Below are positions 1-13,507 of a DNA stretch of 64,000 bases, in pieces. The DNA comes from Rebecca billardiae RCC1528. Its lineage: Eukaryota > Protista > Haptophyta. Positions within the stretch are counted from its first letter, which is position 1. The number at the start of each line of letters is the position of its first letter. The notes beneath the pieces were generated by a model. That model saw nothing but the letters and a program-made list of their open reading frames with translations. It did not search any database and had not been told where the DNA came from. Location of the stretch: assembly GCA_965240325.2 (NCBI GenBank), contig OZ251227.1:1860001-1924000 (forward strand). The letters run 5' to 3'. A program made the position numbers and the translations under genes.

Positions 1-988
1 CGCGCGCTTGCGGACGCCGCGTCGCGCCGCGCCGCCGCCGCGGCCTCGGCCGCGTCCGCGCGCGCGGCGCGCTCGGCGCGCAGCGCGCCCGCGCCCGCGC
101 CCGCCGCGCTTGCAATCTCGCGCTCGAGATCGCGCGCGCGCGACGCGGCGGCGGCGCCGTCCGCGCGCGCGGCGGCGGCCGCGCGCTCCGCCTCCGCCGC
201 GCGCCGCTCGGTGGCCTCGAGCGCCGCGCCAAGGGCGGCGAGCCGCTGCGCGCCGGCCTCGGCGCTGGCCTCGGCGGCAGCGACGGCGGCCGGCTCGGCG
301 GCGGCGCCCGCGAGCGCGCCGCTGTGCGCGGCGCGGGGCGTCCGCGGCAGCAGCGCCGCCGCCGCGTGCGCGCGCGCCGCCTCGGCGTCCGCGCGCGCGC
401 CGGCGAGCGCGCCGCGCGCCGCCTCCGCCTCCGCCTCCGCCTCCGCCAGCGCCTCTCGCAGCGAGCAGTTCTCCGTGGCCAGCGCCGAGGCGGCGGCGCC
501 CTCGCCGAGCGCGCCGCCGCGCGCGCCCTCCGCCGTCGCCTCCGCCTCTGGCGCTGCCTCTGCACGCGCCCGCTCCGCGCGCGCGTCCGCCTGCAGCCGC
601 GCGTGCCGCTCGGCCAGTGCCCCATGCGCCGCCTTCACCAGCGAGTGCCGCTCGTGCGCGGCCGACAGCTCGATGGCCGCCACCTGCCGCGCGGACGCGA
701 GCTCCGCCGCGCCCATCTCGCGCGCGCTGCGCAGCTCACGACTCAGTCGCTCCGCCTCCGCCCGCGCCGCGCGCAGCTCGGCGCCGCCCGCGCCCGCGTC
801 CGCGCCGCCCGCGTCGGCGGCGGCGGCGGCGTCCGCGGCGGCGCTCGCGTCCGCGCGCCCGCGCGCCGCGCGCCGCGCCTCGGCCAGCGCGCGCTGGCAG
901 TGCCTCAGCGCGCTGAGCAGGGCGAGCACGTTGGCGCGCGCGTCGGCGCCGAGCGCGCCGCTCGCGCGCAATGCGGCCTCGGCGCGCG

Positions 989-1029
<41 letters not shown>

Positions 1030-4000
1030 CCCGCGCCGGCTGCCGCCTCGTCGGCGCGCTCGTCGTCGGCAGCGGCGCGCGCGGCGCGCGGCCGCGACGC
1101 CGGCGCCGCCGCGTGCCGCGCCGCGCGCTCGACGGCGCGCCGCAGCCGCTCGAGCTCCGCAGCCGCCGTCGTCGCGGCGGCGGCCGGGCTGCGAGCCGTG
1201 CCGCGCGCGCGCCGCGCGCCGCCCGGCGTGCGAGTGCGCGCCGCCGCGCCACCGCCGCCGCCGCCGCCGCCCGCGCGGCGCGGCTGCGCCCACCGACCCG
1301 ACGGCGGCGCGTCGGCGTCGGCGTCCGCGTCGGCGTCGTCGGCGTCGTGCTCGGTGTGCGCCTCGTCGGAGTCGGAGTGTGCGCGGACGCGCGCGCCGGC
1401 AGCGCCGCCGTCGCGCAGCTCGGCGGCGGCACCGTCGTCCGCGCCGGCGCGCCGCGCTCGCTCGCGCGAGAGCGCCGCGCGCGCCTCGTCCAGCGCGATG
1501 CGCAGCGCGTCGGCCGCGCGCTCGGCGAGCGCGGCGCGCGCGAGCGGCGGCAGCGCGGCGCGGTCGACGCTGCCGCCGTCCTCGTCCGCAGCGGCGCTCA
1601 GAGCGGTCGGGTCCGAGCTCGCCACAGCGTCAGCCGCCGCGAGGAGACGGCGGCGCAGCGCGGCCGAGTCGGCGTGCGCCGCCGCCGCGCGCGCCTCCGC
1701 CTCCGCCGCCGCGACGCGCGCGCGCACGAGCGCGCGCGCGAGCCGCTCGGCCGCCGCCGCGGCCGGCGGCGCGGCGTGCGCCCCCGCCCGCCCCTGCTGC
1801 TGCGCGCCCGCGCCGCCCGCGCGCATTGCTCCGGCGAGCTCGGCGCGCAGCAGGGCGAGTGCGTGCGCCCTCGCGTCCGCCGCCGTGCGCGCCTCGGCTA
1901 GCTGCGAGCGCGCGGCGCCGAGCTCGGCGTGCAGCGTGGCGAACTCTGCAGCGAGCCAGCCCTCGCGCGCCGCACAGCCCGCGGCCGCCGCCGAGCCCGC
2001 CGCCGACGTTGCCGCGGGCGCGCCGCCGCCGGCTTGGGCGCCGCCGGGCGCGCGCGCCGCCTCGGCCTCCGCGTCCGCGTCGCGAGCGCGCTGCGCCAGC
2101 GTCGCCTCCGCCTCCCGCAGCGCGGCGCGCTCGGCGGCGTCGGGCCCGTCGGCGCCCGCGCCATCCGCGCCGAGCGCCGACCCCGCGCGCGCGCCGGCCG
2201 CGCGCGCGCGCCGCGCGCCCTCGCGCGCGCGCGCCGCTCGCGCCGCCTCCGCCTCCGCCTCCGCCGCCTCCGCGCGTTGAGCCGCGCTGAGCGCCGCCGC
2301 CTCGGCGGCGAACTGGCGCGCCGAGGCGTCGGCGAGCGCCTGCCGCGCGGCGGCGAGCTCGGCGGCGGCGCCGCGCGCGGCCGGCGCCTCGGCGCGCGCG
2401 CCGCCGCCGCCGCCGAGCGCGGCCGCGCGCGCCGCGGCCGTGGCGCGCGCGGCGCGCTCGGCGGCGGCGTCGCGTGCCGCCTCGGCCGCGGCCGCGCGCT
2501 CGGCGAGCGCTCGTGCCCACGGCGGCAGCGCGGCGGCGGTGGCGGCGCCGTGCGCGCGGCCGGCCCCGATCGTCGCGGCCGCGCCGCCGCCCGCGCCGCC
2601 GCCGCTCCCCGCGCGCGCCTCCGCCGCGCGCCACCGCTCGCGCCACCCCTCCGCCTCCGCCTCGGCCGCGCGCAGCGCGCCGCCGAGTGCGGCCGTGCAC
2701 GCCGCGCCCTCGCGCGCGCGCGCGTCCAGGGCGAGCGCGGCGTCGTTGGCCGCGTCGAGCTGCGCGCTGAGCGCGGAGACGTGCGCGCCGCGCAGCGCCG
2801 CCGCCGCGCGCGCCTCCTCCGCGCGGCACGCGCCCTGCCGCTCGAGCGCGCCCTGCGCCGCCGCGAGCTGCGCGCACGCCGCGTCGCGCGCCGCGGCCGC
2901 CTCGTCGGCCGCGCGGCCGAGCGCGCGGCCGCGCGAGCGCTCTGCGAGGATCTCGAGCTGGAGCGAGGCGGCGGCGGCGGCGCTGAGCGGGGTCGCGCGC
3001 TCGGCGAGCGCCTCGAACAGCGCGGCGGGCGGCGCGCCGTCCGCCGCCTCCGCCATCTCCGTCTCCGCCCAGCCCCAGCCCCAGCTGCTACCGCCGCCGT
3101 CGCCTCCGCCGCCGTCGCCGCCGCCGCCGTCGCCGCCGCCGCCGTCGCGGCCGCCGACACCGCCGACACCGCTGCCGCCGCCGCCGCCGCCGTCCACGGC
3201 GGCGGCGGCGGCGTCGGAGGCGTCGGCGGCAGCGCGCCCACCGCCCGCGCCGTGCGCGCGCGCCCATCGCTCGCGCAGCGCGCGCGCCTCCGCCGCCGCG
3301 TGCGCGCGCTCCGCGCCGACCGCGGCCGCGTGCCGCGCCGCCTGCGCGCGCAGCGCGGCGCGCAGGCCAGCCGCCGCCGCCTCCGCCGCCTGCTGCGCGG
3401 CGTGCGCGGCGTCGGCGCGCGCGGCGTGCGCGTCCGCGCGCGACGACGCGTCGGACAGCTCGCGCCGCACCGCCGACACCTCGGCGCGCGCCACCTCCTC
3501 CGCGCGCCGCGCCGCGGCCGCGTCCGCCGCCGCGCGGCGCGCGGCCGCGTCCGCGTCCGCGGCGCGCGCCTCGGCGCGCGCGCGCGCGCCCGCCTCCGCC
3601 TCGGCGGCGAGCTCGGCGGCGTCGGCGCGCGCGGCGCTGGCGGCCTCGAGCTCGGCCGTCGCGCCGAGCTGCTCGCCCAGCTCCGCCAGCGCGCGCCCGG
3701 CCGCGCCGCCCTCCGCCGCCGCCGCCTGCGCCGCCGCCGCCACCTCCGCCGCGGCCGCCGCCGCGGCCGCGCGCTCGGCGAGCGCGGCGCGCGCGCCCGC
3801 CGCCTCGCGCCGCGCGGCGTGCGCCTCGCGCTCGGCGGCGGCGACGGCGGCGGTGGCCGCCGCGCTCGGCGCGGGCTCGGAGGGCTCGAGCGCGCCGCCC
3901 AGCGCCGCGCGCAGCCGCCGCTCCAGCCCCGCCGCGCGCTCGTCTGCCGCCGCCGCGTCCGCGCGCGCCGCGTCCGCCGCGCGCCGCGCGCCGAGCGCGG

Positions 4001-6338
4001 CCGCGCGCGCGCCGTCCGCGTCCGCGCGCGCGCCCGCCCGCGCCTCCTCGACGGCGTCGGCGCGCGCGGTGTCCGCCGCGGCGAGGCGCGCCTCGAGCGC
4101 CGCGACGTCCGCCGCGCGCCGCGCGAGCGCCGCGCGCAGCGCGCGCGCCTCCTCCGCCGCGGACGCCGCGCCGCCGCCGCCGCCGCCGCCGCCGCGGCCG
4201 CGCGCGAGCGGCGGCGGCGGCGGCAGCGCGCGCGCAAGGGCGTCGTCGCGCTCGGCGAGCGCGCGGCGGAGCACCTCGCCCTCCGCCTCGCGCGCGCGCA
4301 CCGCGCCCTCCAGCTCCGCCACCCGCGCCGCGCCCGCCGCCGCCGCGCGCGCCGCGGCCGCGGCCGCCTCTGTCTCCTGCTGCCGCGCGGCGCCCAGCTG
4401 CGCGTGAGCGCGCGCGAGCGCGGCGCGCGCGGCGTCGAGCTGCTCGCGCGCGCTCGCGCCGAGCTCGTCGGCGTGCGCGACCGCCGCGTCGAGCCGGCTG
4501 CTCGTGCGCTGCACCACCGCCGACGCGCTCGCCTCGATCCGCTCGAGCGACGAGACGCGCCGGCGCAGCTCGGCGGCAGCGTCCGCGTGCGCGCGCGCGC
4601 GCGCCTCCGCCTCCGCCTCTCGCGACTCCGCGGCGGCGGCGCGGTGGGCCTCGGCCTCGGCGGCGGCGGCGGCGCGGCTCGCGCGCACGCGCGCCGTCTC
4701 CGCCTCGCGCGCGTGCTCCTCGCCGACCGCGCGCGCGTGCGCCGCCTCGCGCCGCGCGCTGCCGAGCGCCGCGCGCGCCGCGTCGGCCGCCGCGCGCAGC
4801 GCCGCCAGGGGCGCGGCAGCGTCGGCGGCCGCGGCGCCACCGCCGCCGGGCGCGGCGTCGGCGGCCGCGCCGCCTTCCTCGGCGGCGGCGGCGCGCTCGA
4901 GCGCGCGCGCGATCGCCACCACCTCTGCCGCATCCACGCCGCCCTCCGCCTCGTCGAGCGGAGCGCCGGCCGCGGCGGCCTCGGCGGCGCCGGGCGCGGG
5001 GCGCGCCGCGGCCGCCGCGCCGGCCGCCGCGGCCGCCGCCGCCTCCTCCTCGCGCGCAAAGGCGGCGCTCTCGCGCGCCTCGAGCAGCGCGATGCGCTCG
5101 GCGCGCGCGCGCGCCTCCTCCCGCGCCGCGCGCAGCTCGCGCTCCAGCGCGCCGTGCGCCGCCGCCGCCGCGCGCTGCGCCTCGGCCGCGCGCGCCGCCG
5201 CGCCCTCCGCCGCGTCCGCGCGCGCCCGCAGCGCGCCCACCTCCGCCGCGACCGCGCCGCTCGCGTCGTGCGAGCGGCGGCGCTCGGCGTCGAGCGCGCG
5301 CGCGGCCTCGGCGCGCAGCGCGTCGAGCTCCGCGCGCGCACCCGCCGCCTCCTCCGCCGCCGCCGCCGCGCGCGCCTCGGCCGCGTCCGCCCGCGCCGCG
5401 TGCGCGCGTGCCTCCCGCTGCGCCGCGCCCACCGCGCCATCCTTGGAGTGCAGCAGGGCGAGCACGCGCGCCGAGCGCTCCTCCGCGCGCGCGCGCTCGG
5501 CGGAGAGCGCGCGCTCCACCGCGAGCGCCACGGCCGCGTCCGCGTGCGCGCCGCCCGTCGCCGCCGGCGCCGCCGGCTCACGCCACGCCGGCGGCGGCAG
5601 CGGCGGCACCTGCTCCCAGCGAGGCGCGGCGCGCGGCTCATCCGCGCCGTCCGCGCCGCGGCGCGCGCGCTCGGCCGCGAGCTCCGCCTCGGCGTGCGCG
5701 CGCGCGCGCTCCGCCGCCCCCAGCCTCGCGCGCAGCTCGCGAGCCTCGACGCCGCCGTCGGCGCCGCCTTCCATGCCGTCCGCCTCCGCCTCCGCCTCCG
5801 CGCCCGCGTCCGCGTCCGCGTCCGTCGCCCGGTGCGCGCTCTCGCGCGCTCGCTCGTCCGCGCGGCGGGCGGGCGCGGCGGCGTTCGCGCCGAGCGGCTC
5901 GCGCGCCGCGCTCGCGCGCACGCGCGCCAGCGCCACGCGCGCGAAGAACTGCTGCGAGCCGTGCGCCGTGGACAGCACGAACACGTCGCGAAGGGACGGG
6001 GGCGGCGCGGCGGCGGCGGAGGCGCCGCCGCCGCCGCCGGGCGCGGACGGCTGCTGCGCGGCGCCGCGGCGTGGAGGCGGCTCCTTGTGCAGGCGGAGGA
6101 GGACCTGCACGTCCACCGCGCCGCCCGGCGGCACGTGCGCGCGCGAGGGCGACACCTCCCAGCGCTCCGAGTTGCCGGGCCTGATGCTGAACTCGACGGC
6201 GGCGGCGAGCGGGTTCCTCACGCGCACCGTTTGAACGTACGGCGTGTGCAGGCGCACACTGGGGAAGGAGAGCTCGGGGGGCGAGAGCTCGAGCAGTCGG
6301 TTGCGCTGCAGCGCCGCCGGCGGCTCGGGGGCCGCCAT
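1..6338 (-). CDS. Very large Ala/Glu/Arg-rich coiled-coil protein with an N-terminal ASH/MSP(PapD)-like Ig domain; 3' end lies outside the window
   Basis: Minus-strand ATG at 6338 reads MAAPEPPAALQRNRLLELSPPELSFPSVRLHTPYVQTVRVRNPLAAAVEFSIRPGNSERWEVSPSRAHVPPGGAVDVQVLLRL, a beta-sandwich pattern. It continues in the frame antisense to ORFs 1929..6668 and 324..1901 as AEAE/ARAE heptads. It is absent from the ORF track, consistent with no stop before the window edge. Candidate in-frame intron 1293..1189 (GT..CAG). Confidence 0.75.
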
Positions 6339-6760
6339 CGCACCGGCCGCGTGTCCAAGCTCGCGCGGGGTCGGTCAGCGCCCTCCGCGCGCACCCGCCA
6401 TCAAGTTTTCGAGTTGCCCGATCGACGCCGCTCGTGCTTTTCCTTTCGAGTCAACGGCGCGCTGCCGATGCCGTTTGCTTGGAGCAGTCCGGGAGCACGC
6501 CACGACTGTGTGCAAGGCGTGCAGCCGTTGGACCGTCGGCCGCTGGCGGCACCGACCGGTGTTCGTCAGCTGCCCTTCATCACTCTCGAGCTCGGCGCGG
6601 GCGCGCGGAGCACTCTTGTTGAGCAGCGAGTCCGAGTCCGACGACAGCAGCACGGGGGGTTCCGCTGAGGAAGGGCGCGGCCTGCGCCCGAGGACGCCGC
6701 GCCACCACGGGGCAGGAGCCCGGCGCGAGCTGGCCGGCCGCCGCGCGGGCGGCCGCCGCG

Positions 6761-7565
6761 ATGCCTGAGGGCTCCGAGAAGACGCAGCCCCACGAGCTCG
6801 GCGAGACGCAGCTCGACCTCGAGCTCGAGCCCGATGCGGGCGCGGACGGCCCGGAGCGCGCGGCGTGGGCGATGCTCATCCCGCTCGTCGAGGGCGGTCA
6901 GGCGACCGAGCTGCGCGACGAGCCCTCGCTGCTCGGGCGGGTGAAGGAGAAGGGCTGCCACGTCACCTTCCCCCACCCGCGCGTCTCCTCGCGCCACTGC
7001 GAGATCCAGCTGCGCGCGCATGCCGCGTGGATCACCGACTACTCGCAGAACGGCACGTACGTCAACTCGCACCGGCTGACGAAGCTGCGGCCGCACAAGC
7101 TCGAGTCGGGCGACCAGGTGTCGCTGCTTCACCCCAAGTCGCCGCGCGCCGACTTCGTGCAGAACACGTGCATCTTCGTGCAGCTCGACACCGCGCCGGC
7201 CGCGGCGGACGACGCGGCCGCGCGCCCGCTGGCCACGCATCTGCGCACGCCGCCGCTGCTGCCGCCCGCGGCGCGAGGGGGCGAGCCTGTCGGGCCGGTG
7301 GGATCCGCGCGGCACGACGGCTCGATGCGCACCGACCGCGACTCGGCGACGACCACCGCCGGCGCGAGCGGCGCGCTGCCGGCGCCGGGCCGGCCGCCGC
7401 CGCTCGCGCCACTCGCGCCGCCGCCGCCGATGCAGCCGCCGCCGCTCGCGGGGGGCGACGCGAGCGGCGTGCGCGCGGGCGCGAGGCGGCCCGGCTCGCC
7501 CGATGCGGCGCGCGCGCACAACGGCGGCGGCGGCGGCGGCGGCTGGGCCAGGGCAGGCGCCCCGC

Positions 7566-7618
<53 letters not shown>

Positions 7619-9244
7619 TGGAGCGGCGGCGGGTCCGGCTTGGACCTGCTCGGTCAGTACGAGATGGCGGAGACGCTGGGGCAGGGCTCGTTCGCCGTGG
7701 TCAAGCGCGGCGTGCACCGCGAGACGGGCGAGGAGTTCGCCATCAAGGTGATCGCCAAGCGCCGGCTGCTCGGCTCGGCCTCGCGCGCGGCCGCGGGCGG
7801 TGCGGATGAGAAGGAGAAGGTGATGCGCGAGGCGAAGATTCTCAAGAGAGTCGCGCACGACCACATCATCAAGCTGCACGACGTGCTCGAGGTGCGCGCC
7901 GGGGCTCGCGCGCGCGCGCCGTGCGATCGCCCACGCGCCGCGCTCACCGAGCTCCCCGCCCTCCCTGTGCCCCTGCGTGCGCCTTGGGCCGCCGCCGCGC
8001 GCCGCGCACGCCGCCGCGCGCCGCCGCGCCGCCGCGCGCCGCCGCGCCGCCGCCGCCGCGCCGCGCGCCGCCGCCGCCGCGCGCCGCCTCCGCCGCGCAG
8101 ACGCCGGACAACCTGTACCTGGTGATGGAGCTCGTGCGCGGCGGCGAGCTCTTCGACGACCTGGTCGAGCACGGCCCCTTCCCCGAGGCGCAGGCGCGGC
8201 AGCTCCTGCTGCAGCTGCTCGATGCCCTGCGCTACCTGCATTCGCTCGGGGTCGTGCACCGCGATCTCAAGCCTGAGAATATCCTGCTGCAGTACGCGCC
8301 CGGCACGGACCGCGCGGAGGCGCGGCGGCGCGGGGCGGCGCCGAGGCTCAAGGTGGCGGACTTTGGGCTCGCCAAGATGATCCCGGCCGACGGCATGATG
8401 GCCAAGACCTTCTGCGGCACGCCGCAGTACTTTGCGGTGCGCGCGCGCGACACACGCACACCGGCGGCCAAGCGGACGCGCGCGCGCGGCGGGCGGGCGG
8501 GCGGCGGGCGGGCGGGCGGCGGCGCGCGCGGAGACGGCCGGCCGAGCCTGCGCGCGCCGCCACCGGCCGCGCAGCCGGCTGTGGTGCTGCCGCCGCAGGG
8601 GGCAGCGAGGCTGCCCGCGCGCGCCGCTCGGGCCAACGGCTGCTCCTCCGGCCCCGCCGCCCCGCCGCCGCGCGCGCCCAAGCACTCACGCCGCCACCGC
8701 CGCCGCCGCGCGCTCGGCGCCCGCGCCGCCGCCGCGCCGTCTGCGCAGCCGGAGGTGATCGAGTGCCGCGAGACGGCGAAGGGGTACGGCACGGCGTGCG
8801 ACATCTGGTCCGCCGGCGTCATCCTGTACATCCTGCTCTCCGGCACGCCGCCCTTCGACGGGACGAACATCCTGGACGACGTGCGGCAGGGTCGGTACGG
8901 GCTGCCGCCGGAGAAGTTCGGGGAGGTGTCCGCGGGCGCGATCCACCTGCTCTCGCGCATGATGGTGGTGGACCCGGCGAGGCGGATCACGGTGGCGGAC
9001 GCGCTGCGACACCCGTGGGTGCGCGGCGAGGAGCTCAGCGAGGCCGAGGCGAGCGCCGCCGCGGGCGCGATCGCGCGCGCGCGCGGCGGCGCCGGCCCAC
9101 GGCCGGGCGGCGGCGGCGCGGCCGCGGCCGCGACCGCACCCCACGCCTCTGCGGACGACGAGATCGAGGAGACGTGGTGCGCGCTGCGAGCAGCCCCGCG
9201 CCCGCGCGCGCCGCGGGGCTCGCGCGAGCCCGGCCGCCGCTGCT

Positions 9245-9275
<31 letters not shown>

Positions 9276-9783
9276 CGTGCGCAGGTCGGAGGACGAGGCG
9301 CGCGCCGGGCAGCCGGCGGCGGGCGCGCTCGCGCACGGCGGCGCGGCGCCGCGCGGCCGGGCGCGCGGGACTGCGGCGCCGCTGCCCACGCGAGGGGGCG
9401 GCGGCGGCGTGGCGGTGGCAGCGCGGGGCGCGGCCGCGCTCGGTGGCTCGGCGCGCGCCCCCGGCACCAGCGCCGCGGCGCCTCCCTCGGCGCCCATCCC
9501 GCGCGCCCTCGCCGGCCCGCTGGCCACACTGCGCGCGGCCGCGCTCGCTGAGCCGATGATCAAGAGGCGGCGCGTGGGCGGCGCCGCCTCGGCCGGCGCT
9601 GCGCGCCCGCCGCCCGCACCCGTGAGCGGCCCGAGCAAGCTGGCCCTTGCGACCGAGCCGCTGACGACGGTGTCGGCGGGCAGGAGAGCGCAGGGCCGGC
9701 CTGCCGCCGGCGGCGTCCCCATCGGCGGCGTGGATGCGCACGGCGTGCTCGCGCCCGATCGCGAAGCGGAGCGCACGGCGTGA
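6761..9783 (+). CDS. FHA-domain Ser/Thr kinase, Chk2/Cds1/Rad53-like; exons 6761-7891, 8101-8436, 8749-9176, 9285-9783
   Basis: N-terminal TQ motifs. FHA signature GR..SSRHC..SQNGTYVN. Kinase motifs LGQGSFAVV, FAIKVI, HRDLKPENIL, DFG, TFCGTPQYFA|PEVI and CDIWSAGVILYILLSGTPPF. GT-AG introns 7892-8100 and 8437-8748 restore the motifs; 9177-9284 is a probable third intron. Confidence 0.9.
7568..7617 (+). repeat. (GGC)n trinucleotide repeat encoding poly-Gly between FHA and kinase domains
   Basis: Uninterrupted GGC run seen directly. Confidence 0.9.
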
Positions 9784-12102
9784 CGCGCGTCGCCGTCAAC
9801 CTCTACCAGGTACGGACGTAGTTGACCAGCACTCAGCAGCGGCCAGCACGAAGCAGGTGCCGTGGTGGGCCTGACAGCGAGCAGTGGCCGGGTCGCACTA
9901 AGTCTAACGTCGTAGCTACCGCATGGACTAGGTGGGCCCACTGGCTACTGTGGGATTATAGTGGCGCAGAGCGCGAGCTCATAGCGCGGTGTTTACTTTC
10001 GTCTCGAGCTGGATTCCAGCCCCATGAGATGGCCCCTGGCCTGCCTGGTAAAAAAACCAGTGGTACATGCTGTAAATATAGGGCGTAACGGTGACCCTAT
10101 TTACTTATTGGAAATGGCCTGTGACCAATGTAACGACCATGTAACGGGCGTCTTAAACGTGATATATAGGGTCGACAGACGTCACTTTGATATAGCACTT
10201 TGATGAGCTGATCATACTTCATAGGTCTTCAGCAGCATGCACACTCATTGTCACATATACGGCGTATATGGGCACTCTGAGAATACGGGATAACGACCGT
10301 TATACCCGTGCGTTACATATACACCGCCATGCTGATCAGCATGGCTACCATAGTATTTCAGACTGTTTCAGACTGCTCTCGTAGCAACCGTACGGCGTGC
10401 ATGTGACACCTAAGAATTTTTCCAACCCTTCTACCCTCGAAGGACGAGTCTTAAGGAGCCGTGGGCAAAGATTGAGCCTAACCGAGTCGCGGCGCCAGCC
10501 CGCCGGCCGTGGTCAAGGCAAGCAGGAGTGGGGCACGCGGCGCCGGGCACATCCAGCAGCCTGCAGCTTGAACACGGCGGACAAGGTTCGTCGAGTGCTC
10601 ATCTGTGGCGTTCAAGGCAGGCACTGCTACGCATCGAATGCCTTTTCGCGTGCTCCGACCTAACCGTTGCTCTACATTGCGACCAAGCTGTGTCCGAGCT
10701 GTCCTCAGCTGGACCGTCCTCTGCCTAACTGTGCGCAACGGCCGATTCGTCGCAGCGCCGAGCTGGCTCGCCGTGGTGTGCGCGCGCGTAGCGATGTGCA
10801 CTCATCACCGCTTCCTGCGTGGCAGCAGGGCAAGATATGGCTCACTGGTAAGCTGGTACGCCTGCTGACCGTGCACCGGCGTCGGTGGCGCCGCCAACGT
10901 GCTCGGGCAGGCTCACGAAGGGCTTAACTTCACTGTTGAACGGATCAACTGTACTGGCCGCAGCGAGCAGCGCCGTGCTCGCCGAGCACGGCGCACAGCG
11001 GTCAGCGGATGACCAAGCAGAGGCGGGGCGACTGCTGTGCGGCCGCGCGGGGGAGTAGCTAGGCTCTTGAGGTACGCGTAGAGCCATGACAGGGCTCAAC
11101 AAGCGCATCAGCTGCAATCTACCCGGCTCGACGCGCAGCCCGACCTCGTGCAATCGTGTGGCTCGAGGCCCTCCAAGTGGCTCGTAGCTTCCAAACACCT
11201 GAGGAGCGTCGGCACTGAGAGTTGAGTCGAGGCCGGGGAGGTGACAGACGGCACACGCATCCGCTTTGACCGCTGTTTGACCATCAGATCCTTCCCCAAG
11301 TGCCCACGATCGTGTGAACAGCCCCAGCGTTCGGCCACACCGCACAGACTTCCGGGGACCTGACCGACGAGGCGGGCCTCCGCAGGGCCGCAGAAGTAGC
11401 TGGGCATTGCCAGGACACCATGCAGATGCTGTCCCAGTAACGTCCCGGAGTGTCCCAGTTCGTTCACGGGTGTCCCAAGCTCGCGTTGTGCACGCATTAC
11501 AATCCCCAAAGCTGTTCCCGTGTTTGAACGCGCGACTGTCGGCGAGAGATGGCAGACCGGGAAGATGACCCAGGTATGAACCGTTCGCATGGCTCGTTCC
11601 AGAAGGCTACGCAGCATGCCACGGGCGTGCGGCGCAGCGTGCCTCGCATGGCAGGCGGGCAAGCGCGGCGGACAACGCGCTGACGACGCGCACAGGTCCA
11701 CCCCGGTCATCGTTTTCGCGATCGATCGGCTTCCCGGACCGGGAGTTTGGCGGCCTGGAAAAAGGGACTTCAGCGCGAGGAAAAGAGCACGGCTGCGGTC
11801 CGAAAAAGCCAGAGAGATTGTGTTTTCATTTTTTAATTGCTGTGGGCCCACCTACATGGACCCTGCTTGTCGCAGTCTATCGGGAGGTTATTTCGGCCTG
11901 GCGGCCGCATAGCATTAGCTGACTGACTGTGTGCGAAAGTAATATAATATCAATAAATATATCAATAAGCCTCGACGGGCGTCGGCCAACCCGTCGGCCA
12001 CAGGATGCCCAATAATACTACTTTCGCCCGTTCATCGGCCTGAATATCAGTGGCCGACTACGACGAATATATAAATGCGAATAAAGGACGATATGTATAT
12101 AT

Positions 12103-12232
<130 letters not shown>

Positions 12233-13507
12233 TCGTCAGCATGCATCCTTTATTATTTTATATTCGCTTTTGAAATCGGCGCAAGATTATTCACCACTCG
12301 GGTCCCAGAACGTATGCGGTATGGTACCCCACTGACGAGGTCGGCTTGACTCTGAGTCTGGGCAGCATGATCTCGTCGGCACTGAGCTGCCTGCAGCCGA
12401 CTACTGAGTGATGAGTACTGTCTGTGCTGCGGCAGCCACCGCTCGTCCGCTCGCCGCGCGAGGCTGCCGCAGTCGCCGCGTCGGCAGACGATGCCGCAGC
12501 GCTGCTGGCAGTGCAAGCGGCGAGCCGTGGCAGAAGTAGGCGGGTCGTGGGCGCGGGCGTGGGCGCGGGTGCGGCCGCTGACTCGCCCTCGGAGTCTCGC
12601 CGGGCTCGCCGCCTGCACCTCGCCGGGCTCGCGTCCTTTATACTCGCAGGGCCGGCGCGCAGAATACATCAATAATAGACATAGTCGTCTGTAACTGATA
12701 TCAGATTAACACACACAGGCACACACACACACCTGCCAAGCTCGGTCGAGACCGCCACTGGGGCTCAACAAGTCCACCAGTTGGGTCGGCCGAGCCCCGG
12801 CGGGCCGCCCTCTCGGACTACGACCGTGCAGAGTCGGACAGACAGATGAGACAGTGCTGCAGCCGGTCGCCGTGGCCATGCCGTCCGGCGCGGCCTCCGG
12901 CGGTCCGGCCGCCGGACGGCCATATCGCCCATCGGCCAATACCCATCGGCCGGAGATGGCTGGTCGACCGCTAACCATCGGCCATGGCCGCCTAGCGGCC
13001 AATATCATCGGTCATGGCCGGCCATAGGCCTTGATTCGCACATAGGCTTATAGGATAAGATCCATCTCCGGGCCGTCTATCATATCGTCCAAGGGACTGC
13101 CTGGGGTGGTCTAGCTAGGAGTAGCGCGCGATTGATGTCGTATGTAGATCATCAGAGGCGCGGCGGCGATCACTCGTCGTCCGATATCCATATATAAATG
13201 TCGTCGCGCGTCAAGATGTAACGCTCCACTGACCGGACTTAGGGTGGGGGTCAACCGAAGCCGGAGCGCCACGCGTGAACTATATTATTATTGATGATGA
13301 TGCGACTAGTTAGGCGTGATGACTGTAAACAGTAAAGTCAGTGATGCAGCTCCTACTCAGACTAGCGGTCCTAGCCCGCACTAGCCCAGCGTCGGCCCGA
13401 TGCCTATAGTGCTTCGCAGCGCTCGCTGCGGGACCTCGTCGTGGGTCGGGCCTCGTCGTCATCATCATATTCGAAACGCCTATAATAGTGACGTCGTCAT
13501 TACACGC

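Noticed and set aside
8-6668. Long plus-strand Arg/Ala/Ser-rich ORFs and minus ORF 1898..5641
   Set aside because: Stop-poor shadows in extreme GC; the sensible protein is in a different minus-strand frame.
8437-8748. Apparent 104-aa insertion in the kinase activation segment (and other stop-free 3n introns)
   Set aside because: Canonical GT-AG intron whose removal restores YFAPE; stop-free introns are expected at this GC content.
10397-11912. Cluster of short overlapping ORFs (also 21.1-22.6 kb)
   Set aside because: No motifs or convincing coding pattern; treated as intergenic or decayed repeat.
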